Of a stretch of 64,000 nt of DNA, positions 17,856-28,799 are shown piece after piece. Source of the stretch: an uncultured Candidatus Saccharibacteria bacterium. Its GTDB lineage: Bacteria; Patescibacteriota; Saccharimonadia; Saccharimonadales; CAIOMD01. Both the position numbers and the translations under genes were made by a program. The stretch is from positions 320,830-384,829 of the forward strand of contig OY970318.1 of the NCBI GenBank assembly GCA_963716565.1, written 5' to 3'. The notes under the pieces are model-generated. The model searched no databases. It was given only the letters and a program-made list of their open reading frames with translations, and was not told where the DNA came from. Position 1 is the stretch's first letter. Every line of letters begins with the position of its first letter.

Positions 17856-19106
17856 ATGGCCGATATAAATAAAACTTTGCCCTTACCAATTGAAGATTCT
17901 GAAGAACCATCCAGTGGTGGGGAGGCGGAACCGGCTTTGAATTTAATTCGCCAAAAAGTTGCCAGCCTGTACCAAGGCGAGCCACCCGTTAGGCAAGAAG
18001 AAACCGAAATTGAGCAACTTGGCGCCCAATCTAAACACCAAAAATATATTGAACAACTTATGGAATCTGGCAAGAGCATTGCCGAAATCCAAACTGCTTG
18101 GCACAGTTACTATCAAAGCCTAGATGACACCAACAAGCGCCAAGTTTGGCAGGAGTTTTATGCTAACCACCAGCGTGGTTCAACTTATTTTGCCAAAACC
18201 GCGCCAGCCAGTGGCCTGCTTAAAAAGACCGAACCCGAAGCCCCAAAACCTAGCCGTCTTCAACTAAGGCCTACCGAAGCAATAACCGGTAATTTTAAAG
18301 CTGACAGCAGCGATAAACCCGAGCCAGCGACCATGACCACGTTAAAGAAATATCTGCTAGACACAATTATTGCTAGAGGCAAACTTAGCAAAAAACATCA
18401 CCTAAAATCCTTGCTGTTTGGTGTTGGTATGGGGGTACTAGTGATATTTATTCTAATGTTTGGTTTCTTTAACGAACGCTTTATTGCGCCTTTTATTACA
18501 CCTAGCAAAAATATTTCTAACACCTCAATCATCATCGACCCCAGCGCCGATAACACCGTTAGCGCCGACCCATTGGTAATTATTCCGAAAATCAATGTTG
18601 AGATTCCGGTGGTATATGACGTAACCAGCATAGAGCCCAGTGCTATGAGTGAAGGCTTAATGCGTGGCGTGCTCCATTATCCGCTCTCGCCAGTACCGGG
18701 CCAAAATGGCAACGTAGTGGTAGTTGGACATTCATCTAACAACATCTTTAATAAAGGAAAATACAAGTTCGCTTTTGTGTTACTCAGCCGTCTAGAAGAA
18801 GGCGACACCTTTATGTTGCACTACAACGGTAAGCGCTACATATACCGGGTTTATGCCAAGAAGATTGTTAGCCCATCGGATGTATCGGTGCTTGGACCAA
18901 CCGACCGCACTGCTACAGCTACCTTAATCACTTGTGACCCGCCGGGTACGGCCATGAATCGATTGGTTGTGCTTGGCGAGCAAATTAGCCCAACAACCGA
19001 AAGTAATGCCGTTGCCACAACTACGACCCCAGCCGAACAACCCCAGATTGTGCCCGGCAATGCCGAAAGTTTGTTCCATAGGCTATTTAGCTGGATATGG
19101 GAATAA
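17856..19106 (+). CDS. sortase-family transpeptidase with long N-terminal region and TM helix
   Basis: Catalytic motifs VVVGHS, LITCDP and NRLVV. Confidence 0.8.
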   Translation: MADINKTLPLPIEDSEEPSSGGEAEPALNLIRQKVASLYQGEPPVRQEETEIEQLGAQSKHQKYIEQLMESGKSIAEIQTAWHSYYQSLDDTNKRQVWQEFYANHQRGSTYFAKTAPASGLLKKTEPEAPKPSRLQLRPTEAITGNFKADSSDKPEPATMTTLKKYLLDTIIARGKLSKKHHLKSLLFGVGMGVLVIFILMFGFFNERFIAPFITPSKNISNTSIIIDPSADNTVSADPLVIIPKINVEIPVVYDVTSIEPSAMSEGLMRGVLHYPLSPVPGQNGNVVVVGHSSNNIFNKGKYKFAFVLLSRLEEGDTFMLHYNGKRYIYRVYAKKIVSPSDVSVLGPTDRTATATLITCDPPGTAMNRLVVLGEQISPTTESNAVATTTTPAEQPQIVPGNAESLFHRLFSWIWE

Positions 19107-19182
19107 GCTGGACGATAAGACAATAGACGTTGGGTGATAGAAGCTAAACAATAAAAGTAGTACTTGTGCTTACGCAAAAATC

Positions 19183-20661
19183 TTATTCGGCGACTAGCTG
19201 GCCACTAGTTAGGGCAACCTTGCCATCGGCCTGCATCATCAAGCTATAAACGTATCCATAATCTTCATCAAAATATGCGGTGAATCCTGGCTGGCTAGCT
19301 GCTAGCTCCTGAACATTGGCGCCGTCAAAATCAAATATGTAGACCTTACCGCCAACCTCCGCCTTCATACGATAGCTATCCATCCACTCTGTTTGTTGGG
19401 CCACCCCAATTTCTAAACTATTGGTGTATCTAAAAACTCTGTTCTGCTCAGCATCGTAAACCACGAAAGCCTTACCAGATTGCATAGCTACAAACCTAGA
19501 ATTATCAGAAAAAGATATATACTGTGGATCATTTAAATCTAAACTCATCTGCGGATTTATCGCTTCTGTGTTACCGGGCGAAGCTCTCTTTAATGGGTTC
19601 CTATACATTAATACTTGATTGGCCTCCGAACTTGCGGTTAGGTAATACCAGCTATTATCAAACTGGTCGATTTTGAGTAAATAATGCCCTTGAGAATCTT
19701 TAGGCAAGCTTTTTAGTTTAAAAGTATCCTGGCCGCTAAGTGCATACACATCGGCTGTGCCCAAAGCAGCATTTGCGTAAGTTACATATAAGATTTTATC
19801 TTCACCGTAAGACCCGTAGGCTACAACACCATGCGCCAGAGGTGCGGCAGCTAAACCGGTTTGCAAATCAAGATTGCTGAGCATTTGGCTAGCCGAATCA
19901 AGATAATAATATTTATCATATTTTTCATCTCTTAGATTGATCTGAGCAGTAGTAGGTAAATTGTGTCTGATATTCAAATTGACAGAATTATCGGCATTCT
20001 CGCGATCGAAAATCACATATGCGCTGCCACCATTACTTAAGTTTTGCTTTAGTAATAAGTGAGTGTTGTCGTTGGCCCACTGTACAGAGCTTAAGGCGCC
20101 TAGTTGGCTGCCGCGCCCAATAAGCTGGCTAGAAGGTAAAGTCCCTAACGTTGGCGGTTGGCTGGGATTAGATAAGTCATAGGTTGCCAACACTGGCGAA
20201 GCAGCATACTGCTGAATAACCAGCCAACGTTTATCTGGGCTCTGGCTCGCCCAAACCGGCGGACTATCGAATATATGGGTGGCGGCTAGATTAATATTAG
20301 TAGGAATCATCAACGGATAGGTAAAATATAAGACTCCTCCACCTTCCAGATTAAAGGTATTGGTCCAATCGCGATATTTATCTTGAGTCAACAATAAAGT
20401 GTGCTGGCCTTCGTCTAGTGTTAAACGAGCGCCAGTTTTGTCTTTGGGCTGGCCGTCTATAGAAACGTTTGCCGAAACTGGCTTGCTATCCACAAAAACT
20501 AATCCGTTACGCACCACACCGTCATCAAGATTGTAATTATAGCCTTGAGCCATATAAACCAGCAGGGTAGTTGCCAGCCCAATTAATATCGCAACTAAAC
20601 CATAGCCCAAAAATAACTTGATTGCGTGCTTGCGTTTTGCTTTGGTGTCAAAGAATTCCAT
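19183..20661 (-). CDS. PEGA-domain membrane-anchored protein
   Basis: N-terminal TM helix, then a PEGA-like segment VFVDSKPVSANVSIDGQPKDKTGARLTLDEGQHTLLL. The remainder is unassigned. Confidence 0.6.
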   Translation of the reverse strand: MEFFDTKAKRKHAIKLFLGYGLVAILIGLATTLLVYMAQGYNYNLDDGVVRNGLVFVDSKPVSANVSIDGQPKDKTGARLTLDEGQHTLLLTQDKYRDWTNTFNLEGGGVLYFTYPLMIPTNINLAATHIFDSPPVWASQSPDKRWLVIQQYAASPVLATYDLSNPSQPPTLGTLPSSQLIGRGSQLGALSSVQWANDNTHLLLKQNLSNGGSAYVIFDRENADNSVNLNIRHNLPTTAQINLRDEKYDKYYYLDSASQMLSNLDLQTGLAAAPLAHGVVAYGSYGEDKILYVTYANAALGTADVYALSGQDTFKLKSLPKDSQGHYLLKIDQFDNSWYYLTASSEANQVLMYRNPLKRASPGNTEAINPQMSLDLNDPQYISFSDNSRFVAMQSGKAFVVYDAEQNRVFRYTNSLEIGVAQQTEWMDSYRMKAEVGGKVYIFDFDGANVQELAASQPGFTAYFDEDYGYVYSLMMQADGKVALTSGQLVAE

Positions 20662-20740
20662 AGTAAGTAGCAGCTTCTATTTTGCCACGAGTAAAAATAA
20701 ATAGCTAGCACTTGCGTAGCCAGCCATTTTAAGCGTAGTA

Positions 20741-21925
20741 TTGTATTTAGCAGTCAAAAGGTTTGATAACAGTCTAAAAAGAATTTATAGAGTGAAAACA
20801 ACAGTCGAAATCAATGGGCGTAAATATGATGCTAAAACCGGTAGGGTCTTAAACCAACCGGGTGGTATTTTGGCAACTAGCGCTAAAGCAATTGGCGCAA
20901 AACTTAAGAAGCCGGTTTCTAATGGCAATAATATAGACGGAATAGCCCACCGGCCCAATCACCAAGCACACCAACCTATTAAGTCTGCAGTTGTGTCGAA
21001 TAAACCATCACATCCCAGAACGATCGCTCAGCCAGTTCATAGAACAATCGAGAAATCTAGAACACTGTTAAGAACGGCCGTTAAGAAACCCTTATCGATA
21101 GCCGGCATTCACAGTACTTCGGGTATGATTAACACCCAAAAAACAAGCACAGCTAACAGCCAGCCTGTTATTCCAACTTTTACCTCACGGGTAGGCCACT
21201 CTGTTAAGCATGTTACTCAGAGCTCAAGTATTAGCCACTTTGGAGAAGTCACTAAAAATAGTTTTACCAAGGTAGTTAGCAGTGTGGGCCTAGCTTCTCC
21301 GCCAGATAATCTAGAAGCCAGTCCACCATTAATTTTTGCCAAGCATGGCCGTGGCAAGCACGACAAACCGCAAGTTTTTAATCATCACGTACCAAAAAAT
21401 AATTATCAAACATCCGCTAAGTCGGCCAGCGAAAAAGCCGCCAAACGCTTAAGCCGCCGCATTAAGATTAAACCTAAAATGGCGGCTATTTGTATAAGCG
21501 TATTGGCCGTTTTGTGTTTTGGCGGATTTTTGGCTTACCAGAATGTACCAGAGATAGCTATTAGAGTAGCTATTCAAAGCGCCGGCTTTAATGGCCGCTT
21601 GCCAGAAAACATTCCAGCCGGTTATTCGTTTAAAGGCCCAATCGAATTCACCAAGGGTTATATTGCTTTGCATTACCACTCCAATAGCGACGCCAGAGAT
21701 TTTACCATTACTCAAAAACCAACTACCTGGACGAGCGATTCTTTATTAACCAATTACATCGAGGCTCGCGACTTAAAATATCAAACTTCGGTTAGCGATG
21801 GACTAAGAGTATTTGTGTTTAACGAAGGTAACGCCACCTGGATAGATAAAGGCGTCTGGTTTAATATCACCGGCGAAGGCAGCTTATCGTCCGACCAGAT
21901 TCTTAATATCGCCAGCAGCTTCTAA
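20741..21925 (+). CDS. hypothetical membrane-anchored protein
   Basis: 394-aa ORF with a single TM helix near residue 250. The start is uncertain (TTG at 20741). Confidence 0.5.
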   Translation: MYLAVKRFDNSLKRIYRVKTTVEINGRKYDAKTGRVLNQPGGILATSAKAIGAKLKKPVSNGNNIDGIAHRPNHQAHQPIKSAVVSNKPSHPRTIAQPVHRTIEKSRTLLRTAVKKPLSIAGIHSTSGMINTQKTSTANSQPVIPTFTSRVGHSVKHVTQSSSISHFGEVTKNSFTKVVSSVGLASPPDNLEASPPLIFAKHGRGKHDKPQVFNHHVPKNNYQTSAKSASEKAAKRLSRRIKIKPKMAAICISVLAVLCFGGFLAYQNVPEIAIRVAIQSAGFNGRLPENIPAGYSFKGPIEFTKGYIALHYHSNSDARDFTITQKPTTWTSDSLLTNYIEARDLKYQTSVSDGLRVFVFNEGNATWIDKGVWFNITGEGSLSSDQILNIASSF

Positions 21926-22026
21926 ATTAGTTGCTAGTTAGTAAGTAAACAAGTTTGCAAATAGTTATTGAAGTTATTCATTTTTTCACTCACCACTAGC
22001 CACTAGCCAACTTGTTAACTATACTT

Positions 22027-23469
22027 ATGAGAATGAGTAAAGTTCGCACCCGCTTTGCACCCAGCCCCACCGGCTACCTACACGTCGGCGGTGTACGCAC
22101 CGCCTTATTCGCATGGTTAGTAGCCCGTCAAAATAACGGTGAGTTTATTTTGCGTATAGAAGATACCGACAAGGCCAGGGAAGTCGCCGGGGCCGAACAG
22201 CATATTATTGATAGTCTAAAATGGGCAGGATTAAACTGGGACGAAGGCACCGACATTGGCGGGCCCTACGCACCCTATCTTCAATCCGAAAGATTAGACA
22301 CCTACAAAATTTGGGCCCAAAAATTGGTTGACGTCGGTAAGGCCTATGCCGACCCATATACCCAAGAGCAACTAGAAGATTTTCGCCAACAGGCCAAAGC
22401 CAAAAAACAGCCATTTTTATTCCGCGATTTTAGACCAGACAGCCCACCCCTGTGGGATGGCAGCCAACCGCTACGCCTAAAATCCGAGCCCAAAGCCTAC
22501 CAATGGACAGATTTGGTAATGGGCCAGTCGACCAGCGGACCCGAATCTATAGACGATTTAATCTTAATTAAAACCGACGGTTATCCAACTTATAATTTTG
22601 GCCATATAATCGACGACTATTTGATGGAAGTCAGCCACATTATCCGTGGGCAAGAGTTTATTTCTTCGGTTCCAAAGTTCCTTAGCATATATGAGGCCCT
22701 CGGTTTTGAACCGCCTAAAATGGCCCATTTACCATACGTGATGGCTATAGAAGGCAGCAAAAAACTGAGTAAGCGCGACGGAGCCAAAGATATCCTTGAT
22801 TATGCCAAAGAGGGTATTTTGCCCGAAGCTATGGTTAATTTTTTGGCAACCCTAGGTTGGAATGATGGCACCGAACAAGAAATATTTAGCGTTGAGGAAC
22901 TTATTAAAAAGTTTGACCTTAGCCGAGTACAGCATGCTGGCGCTAGGTTCGATGAGACCCGACTATACTGGATGAACGGCACCTGGATTAGAAAATTGGA
23001 GCTCGATGATTTATACCAACGCACTAAAGACTTCTGGCCCGAAAGCGCCAGCGCAGCTGATGATAGCTTTAAAAAACAGATTTTAAGCTTGGCCAAGGAT
23101 CGATTAAAGAATTTGAGCCAACTAAAAGATATCACCGGATTTTTCTTTGACGAACCAGAGCCCAACTTAGAGCTTATCCGCTCCAATAATTCACTTAATA
23201 AGCTAAGTGCCGAAAAGCTGGGCGAATTGCTAGCTAAGACTATCACAACTCTGGAATCTACAGATTTCACACCAGAAGTAATTACTACTAAGCTAAACGA
23301 TTTGCTAAAAGATACCGGCCAGACACCAGGTGTGCTTTTTAGCCTGCTGCGCATTACTACAACATGGGCACCATTTAGCCCGCCCCTAGCTGAATCACTG
23401 TGTTTACTAGGCAAAGAAAAGGCCATAAGGCGTCTTAACACAGCTAGCGAAACCATAAAACAGATTTAA
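22027..23469 (+). CDS. gltX: glutamate--tRNA ligase
   Basis: PSPTGYLHVGG (HIGH) and KLSKRDG (KMSKS). Confidence 0.9.
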   Translation: MRMSKVRTRFAPSPTGYLHVGGVRTALFAWLVARQNNGEFILRIEDTDKAREVAGAEQHIIDSLKWAGLNWDEGTDIGGPYAPYLQSERLDTYKIWAQKLVDVGKAYADPYTQEQLEDFRQQAKAKKQPFLFRDFRPDSPPLWDGSQPLRLKSEPKAYQWTDLVMGQSTSGPESIDDLILIKTDGYPTYNFGHIIDDYLMEVSHIIRGQEFISSVPKFLSIYEALGFEPPKMAHLPYVMAIEGSKKLSKRDGAKDILDYAKEGILPEAMVNFLATLGWNDGTEQEIFSVEELIKKFDLSRVQHAGARFDETRLYWMNGTWIRKLELDDLYQRTKDFWPESASAADDSFKKQILSLAKDRLKNLSQLKDITGFFFDEPEPNLELIRSNNSLNKLSAEKLGELLAKTITTLESTDFTPEVITTKLNDLLKDTGQTPGVLFSLLRITTTWAPFSPPLAESLCLLGKEKAIRRLNTASETIKQI

Positions 23470-23536
23470 AGAGTTAATTAATTATTCGTGATACAATTAA
23501 AGACATTAGCGTTATTAATTATTAAATAGAAAAATT

Positions 23537-24859
23537 ATGGATGAATTTGTACATCGCCCTAAGCCTTTTAAGAGCTCAGCGCCCAAAATAGACCAAATTT
23601 TGCCACCAAAACCTGACGTCACGAAGATATATCCACAGCTGGACCAGTTAAAAGATGTTCCTACTACAGAAGAGCCTAAAGCGGCTGCGTTTACGATTCC
23701 TGATGATGGCAAGAAAGAGCCTGAGCCAAGCGATGAGGCAGAGGACTCAAAAAAAGATGACGCGTTAACCGATGTTAAGCCAGAAACCAAAACTCCTAAG
23801 CCGCCCAAAAAACATATTGCTAAGAAAAAACTGATTTTAATAATTAGTGCTGCAGCCGTAGTGCTATTAGGGGCGGGGGCAGCAGCTTACTGGTTCTATT
23901 TTAAGGATAAGCCGCAATCGGTGGTAAACAATAGCGGCCCTATTGCTGAAGCTACGCCAACACCTACGCCAACTCCAATATCGCCCTTAACCGGTATGGA
24001 GGTTGCCTCGGCAGAACTAGCCGCGCGGCCAGTGACCGGTTTAATGATCGAAAATTCCTGGGCTGCCCGACCACAAAGTGGCCTGCTTGAAGCCGGCATT
24101 GTTTTTGAGGCCATCGCCGAAGGCGGTATTACTAGGTTCTTAGCACTCTACCAAGAAGCTCAACCCCAATACATTGGGCCAGTCCGTAGTATCCGCCCTT
24201 ATTATATTGATTTCGCTATGTCTTTTGACGCAGCGGTTGGCCATGCCGGCGGTAGCCCCGACGCTTTAGGCGATATTAATAGTTTAGGCATGAAGAATCT
24301 TGAAGCTTTTCAAAATGGCAGTACTTTTTTTAGAATAGACGAGCGCGAATCCCCGCATAACCTATACACCAGTTTCGCCAATCTTGACGCCTTAAATGCT
24401 GCCAAAGGCTATACGTCTAGTAATTTTACCCCCTTTGTGCGCAAACAAGACGTACCCCAAACCCCATCTGCCGCCATTATTGATTTTTCAATATCTGGCT
24501 ACGATTACAGCGCTCATTTTGAATACGATACCGTAATTAATAGTTATAAGCGTTTTCAGGCCGGCGAAGCCCATACCGACTCAGCTAGTGGCACGCAAAT
24601 TAGCCCTAAAGTTGTTATAGCCCTTGTGATGAGTCGGCATATAATGAGCGACGGCAGCCATAACGCTTACCAAGATACTGGCACTGGCACTATGTATGTT
24701 TTTCAGGATGGCATAGCCAGCGTAGGTACCTGGTCTAAGGCAGAACGCACCAGCGCGTTCATATTCACCGACAAAAACGGGCTGCCAATGGAACTAAACA
24801 CCGGCCAGACCTGGATATCCATAGTTGATTCGGACACCAGCGTAAGCTACAGGCCCTAA
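23537..24859 (+). CDS. DUF3048-like secreted/membrane-anchored protein
   Basis: TM helix, Pro/Thr linker, and IENSWAARPQSGLLEAGIVFEAIAEGGITRF, which is characteristic of DUF3048. Confidence 0.65.
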   Translation: MDEFVHRPKPFKSSAPKIDQILPPKPDVTKIYPQLDQLKDVPTTEEPKAAAFTIPDDGKKEPEPSDEAEDSKKDDALTDVKPETKTPKPPKKHIAKKKLILIISAAAVVLLGAGAAAYWFYFKDKPQSVVNNSGPIAEATPTPTPTPISPLTGMEVASAELAARPVTGLMIENSWAARPQSGLLEAGIVFEAIAEGGITRFLALYQEAQPQYIGPVRSIRPYYIDFAMSFDAAVGHAGGSPDALGDINSLGMKNLEAFQNGSTFFRIDERESPHNLYTSFANLDALNAAKGYTSSNFTPFVRKQDVPQTPSAAIIDFSISGYDYSAHFEYDTVINSYKRFQAGEAHTDSASGTQISPKVVIALVMSRHIMSDGSHNAYQDTGTGTMYVFQDGIASVGTWSKAERTSAFIFTDKNGLPMELNTGQTWISIVDSDTSVSYRP

Positions 24860-24984
24860 GCCATTATCCATTTATCAACCACCCATACAAATGTTGCCGA
24901 CCAAATAAAAAGCGAGGATAATGAGAGTGCAGCTATTAACGCCCGCTATTAGATTAAAGATTGTTCGCTGTACAGGAAGTAACC

Positions 24985-25374
24985 ATGTTAGAAGAAGTCA
25001 AAAGAGTCTTATGTATCGAAGATGAGAGCTTCGTTAGCGAGCTATATGCCCGGGCTTTGCGTAAGGCTGGCTACGATGTGACCGTATTCTTAGACAGTGA
25101 CAGCGGCTTAAGGGCTGCTCAAAGCGACAAATATGACATCATCTTACTTGATACAAGTTTTGGAGCATTAAACCAGCTGCAAAACAGACCCGATAGGTTA
25201 AAGGCCAAGATAATTATTACTACTAGCACAGACCAAGAAAACGGTCCGCAAGCCGAAATGAAAAGAATGGCCGATGGTTATATAATAAGAGCTGGGACTA
25301 CGCCCGGGCAACTAGTCCAAATCATTAATGATATTGCCAGCGGCAAACAGTCCAACGAAGGCTACTCCAAATAA
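24985..25374 (+). CDS. stand-alone response-regulator receiver domain (atypical)
   Basis: Has IED, DIILLD and IITTS. Arg replaces the conserved Lys (YIIRAG), and the region after the phospho-Asp is shortened. Confidence 0.55.
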   Translation: MLEEVKRVLCIEDESFVSELYARALRKAGYDVTVFLDSDSGLRAAQSDKYDIILLDTSFGALNQLQNRPDRLKAKIIITTSTDQENGPQAEMKRMADGYIIRAGTTPGQLVQIINDIASGKQSNEGYSK

Positions 25375-25384
25375 TTTTTATACT

Positions 25385-26131
25385 ATGCTAATCAAGAACC
25401 TAGTTAAACCAATTAAGCTACGTTACAGCGGTAAAAAGACCATAGGGCTTAATGCCTACACCTTTGCCTTTGAGCCGCAAGAACCAATTAGCTGGAAGGC
25501 CGGCCAGCACGTGCTATTAGAGATAGTGCCTAAAGAAAAGCGGCGTCTTTTTGAAGCCTTCCCAATCGTCTCAGCCCCCTCAGAAAACATTTTTAGGATC
25601 GCTACCAAAATAAAACCAGAAGACCACGACCAATTTAAGCATTTATTGCTAAAGTTAAAGATTGGTGACGAATTAAACATAAGGGGTATTTTTGGTCGAA
25701 CAATCATCAGACGCCCCTACAAAGAATATGCTTTTTTAACAAATGGCCTGGGCATAGCCACATTCAGATCAATCCTTAAACAGTTAGTTTTAGATAATCA
25801 ATTGGATACTAAGATTACTCTGTTCTTTGTTGGTAATAAAGACAGCCACTATTTTAAAGATGAGATTAGCCAATTTAAATCAGACTTGAAGAACCTGACC
25901 GTTGAATACATTTATATACCAGAACGTATAACCGGCCAGACTTTAGAAGATAAACTAGGCAATCGTTTGCACTTTATAACTTATTTTGTCGCCGGCTCAC
26001 CAACAATTGTCCGTAATTACCGCCGTATTCTGCTAGGTCTTGGCATTAAGTCAAGAATGATTAAAAGCAACCATTATCCACTGATTAAGAACCATCAACA
26101 CGAAAATCCAATTAAACCGCAAGCGCCCTAG
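25385..26131 (+). CDS. ferredoxin-NADP reductase-like FAD/NAD(P)-binding oxidoreductase
   Basis: The pattern FR-type FAD domain ... NGLGIATFRSIL ... FVAGSPTIV is typical of the FNR family. Confidence 0.55.
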   Translation: MLIKNLVKPIKLRYSGKKTIGLNAYTFAFEPQEPISWKAGQHVLLEIVPKEKRRLFEAFPIVSAPSENIFRIATKIKPEDHDQFKHLLLKLKIGDELNIRGIFGRTIIRRPYKEYAFLTNGLGIATFRSILKQLVLDNQLDTKITLFFVGNKDSHYFKDEISQFKSDLKNLTVEYIYIPERITGQTLEDKLGNRLHFITYFVAGSPTIVRNYRRILLGLGIKSRMIKSNHYPLIKNHQHENPIKPQAP

Positions 26132-26877
26132 TCGACTAATATAACCCTTTTAAGCAGCCTAGATAAACCACTCCGCGGATCTTCTCCCTGATGTGTTTTT
26201 AATATTACCCAAATAAAATAACCACCAATCAACATAATTTCGGCCGGCAAGGCAACATAGAACCAATGCAGCCATTTTGATGAGCCTAACGTTAGCCAAC
26301 CCCCAACAACAATCAATAAGAAGGCGAGCATTTTAAAAAACCTTATATGCTCAACATTTTGATCGCGCGGTGTTTTGCTTAGCAAAATGTCAAATACTAC
26401 GGTGGCAGCCGCGCTAACGCCAACTAATATCATGCCAACTAGATGAATACGGCTAGACCACGGCTGCCAGCCATTTGGAGTTAGGGCAACTATCAGCAAA
26501 CCTAGAATTGTTAAGGTCATCAAGCCTAGGATTGGCCTGGTGCGCCTTAAAGTTCTACGTAAATAGTTGCGCCAACGCCACAAACCATATGACGCCAAGA
26601 ATAATGACCCACAAAAATAGGGCGCCGTGCGCACATCCATACTAAAATTACTTATAGCCGCGGAAGCCCTTAGCATATCCGGACGAATTAAAAAGCAGAT
26701 CGCTAAACCGGCAGTCATCTCTAGAGCGGCTGCTATACCCCAAAACCGCCCGTGTAAACGGCGGAATAGCCTAAAAATAATAACCTTGTCTAAAATAACC
26801 TTAAGCCGATGATTCCTATAGTTTAAGATATACTGCCGTTGAGCTTTTTTAGTCTTGGTCTTTTTTACCATAAGCAT
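26128..26877 (-). CDS. hypothetical polytopic membrane protein
   Basis: 249-aa ORF with about 6 hydrophobic helices. Confidence 0.5.
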   Translation of the reverse strand: MLMVKKTKTKKAQRQYILNYRNHRLKVILDKVIIFRLFRRLHGRFWGIAAALEMTAGLAICFLIRPDMLRASAAISNFSMDVRTAPYFCGSLFLASYGLWRWRNYLRRTLRRTRPILGLMTLTILGLLIVALTPNGWQPWSSRIHLVGMILVGVSAAATVVFDILLSKTPRDQNVEHIRFFKMLAFLLIVVGGWLTLGSSKWLHWFYVALPAEIMLIGGYFIWVILKTHQGEDPRSGLSRLLKRVILVD

Positions 26878-26936
26878 ATTGTAACAATCTTTGGCAACTC
26901 TTCTAAACTTTTAACAATGTTATAGTAATAAGTAGT

Positions 26937-28763
26937 ATGAAACGAGTCGGCTGCGTTTTAATCTTGGTACTTGCAACTGGCATTTTATTGCTAGGTAGTT
27001 CAGCTAAGGCTTTAGACACCGAGGATTTTTCGTTTAACAGTTTTGAGGCTACCTACCGAATAGAACTAAACGGCGATAAAGCTAGCCGTATGGTTGTAGA
27101 TGAATATCTTGAGGCTGTTTTTCCGGATTACGACCAAAACCACGGCATTCTACGAACCCTGTTTAAGACTTACAATGATACCGATTCTTATTTGAAGGTT
27201 AGCGGTGTTGACCAGGCAATTGATGCTACCCAAACTACCGCCACCACTTGGCCATACAGCCAAAACACCGAAAGTGGCAACTTAGTATTAAAGATTGGCG
27301 ATAAGAACGAATACGTTCACGGTGTACAAAATTATCACATAGCCTACTCGGTGGGCAACTTCTTTAAAACCTACTCCAGCGAGACGTATGGCCAATATGA
27401 CGAAATCTACTGGGATGTTAATGGCGATGGCTGGCCTCAAACTTTCGGTACAGTCAGCGCCCAGATAATTATGCCAATAAGCCTCGGCGAAAACATTAAA
27501 GACCAAGCTTGCTATACCGGCTCTTATGGTTCTTACGAACAAGCTTGCGAAATATCTGGCAAAGCCAGCGGCAATGATTACATATTAACTGTTAAGGCTA
27601 CCCGAGCTTTAGATGCCTACGAGAACCTGAGCTTTCTATTGGCCTTGCCGCCAAATAGTTTTGTAATCCAAGAACCGAGCTTATTGCATAAAATTATAAC
27701 CGCTGCTCTTTGGGGATTATTATTCAGCTCAGCAGTTTTGATCCCGCTAATCGTATTAATAGTTATTGTTAAACGTTGGCGTAAATACGGCAACGATCCC
27801 AAGGGAAGGGGGACAATAATTGCCCAGTATCAACCACCAAAAGACACAAGCTTGATCATCAACGATTTCGCTTATAGGCAAGATTGCCACTCGCTGGCCG
27901 TTAGTGCCCAGATAGTAAATCTGGCTATTCGCAAATACATTCGAATACTAGATAACGGTAAAGACGAAAAGCACCATGAATTTTCTTTGGAACTACTAAA
28001 ATTGCCTAGCGATTTATCGGCTGAAGAAATTGAAGTAATAAACATGTTCTTTGGTGATTCACCAAGCGTAGGCAAGGTAATTAAAATTGACGATTTAAAA
28101 TACAAGCTCAGTAAAAAAATTATAGAGCTAGCTACCAAAACATCAACTGCCGCCCAAGCCGGTGGCTGGTTTGCAACTGACACCAAAAAAATTAAGGCCA
28201 AGTATGCCGGCTGGATGACTGCCTGTTTTGTAGTCGGCTTCTTTCTGCTATTTACATTTTATTTAACACCGCTAGCTATTGGCCTAGTACTAGCCGGTAT
28301 TATTTTAGCTGTGGGTGTAAAAATTATGCCCGCCCGTACCTTAAAAGGCGTCGAACTGCACGATTATATGGAAGGTCTAAAGCTATACATTGGTATGGCC
28401 GAACAAGAGCGAATTCGCTTTCATCAGAGTCCAGACAATGCTCAGCGCCAACGTATCGACCCTAAAAATAATAAGCAAATGGTAAAAATATTCGAAAGCT
28501 TGTTGCCATACGCCATGTTATTTGGAATGGAAAAAGAGTGGGGCAAACAGTTTGCTAGCCTCTACCAAGACAGCCAGCCAGATTGGTACGGCGGCAATTG
28601 GACGGCTTTCAATGCCGGTTACTTAGCTAGCAGTTTAGGTAGCTTTAACACCGCCAGTGCCGCTAGCTTTTCGGCGCCTCGCAGCAGTAGTGGCAGTGGA
28701 TTCAGCGGTGGCGGTGGTTTTTCTGGTGGTGGTGGTGGCGGTGGCGGTGGCGGCGGTTGGTAA
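26937..28763 (+). CDS. DUF2207-like membrane protein with poly-Gly tail
   Basis: Signal/TM, large ectodomain, TM cluster, and a C-terminal SGSGFSGGGGFSGGGGGGGGGGGW tail typical of DUF2207. Confidence 0.65.
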   Translation: MKRVGCVLILVLATGILLLGSSAKALDTEDFSFNSFEATYRIELNGDKASRMVVDEYLEAVFPDYDQNHGILRTLFKTYNDTDSYLKVSGVDQAIDATQTTATTWPYSQNTESGNLVLKIGDKNEYVHGVQNYHIAYSVGNFFKTYSSETYGQYDEIYWDVNGDGWPQTFGTVSAQIIMPISLGENIKDQACYTGSYGSYEQACEISGKASGNDYILTVKATRALDAYENLSFLLALPPNSFVIQEPSLLHKIITAALWGLLFSSAVLIPLIVLIVIVKRWRKYGNDPKGRGTIIAQYQPPKDTSLIINDFAYRQDCHSLAVSAQIVNLAIRKYIRILDNGKDEKHHEFSLELLKLPSDLSAEEIEVINMFFGDSPSVGKVIKIDDLKYKLSKKIIELATKTSTAAQAGGWFATDTKKIKAKYAGWMTACFVVGFFLLFTFYLTPLAIGLVLAGIILAVGVKIMPARTLKGVELHDYMEGLKLYIGMAEQERIRFHQSPDNAQRQRIDPKNNKQMVKIFESLLPYAMLFGMEKEWGKQFASLYQDSQPDWYGGNWTAFNAGYLASSLGSFNTASAASFSAPRSSSGSGFSGGGGFSGGGGGGGGGGGW

Positions 28764-28799
28764 ATTGTTGGTAATCCGCTTAAGTTATGCTTAAATATC

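Noticed and set aside
23700-23706. CUGAUGA hammerhead-core heptamer inside the DUF3048-like gene (also CUGACGA at about 40855 in topA)
   Set aside because: There is no stem II starting with G-C, no correctly placed GAAA and no flanking stems I/III. These are coding sequence coincidences.
28722-28760. GGT/GGC trinucleotide run resembling a tandem repeat
   Set aside because: It is the in-frame poly-Gly tail of the DUF2207-like protein and is not an independent repeat element.
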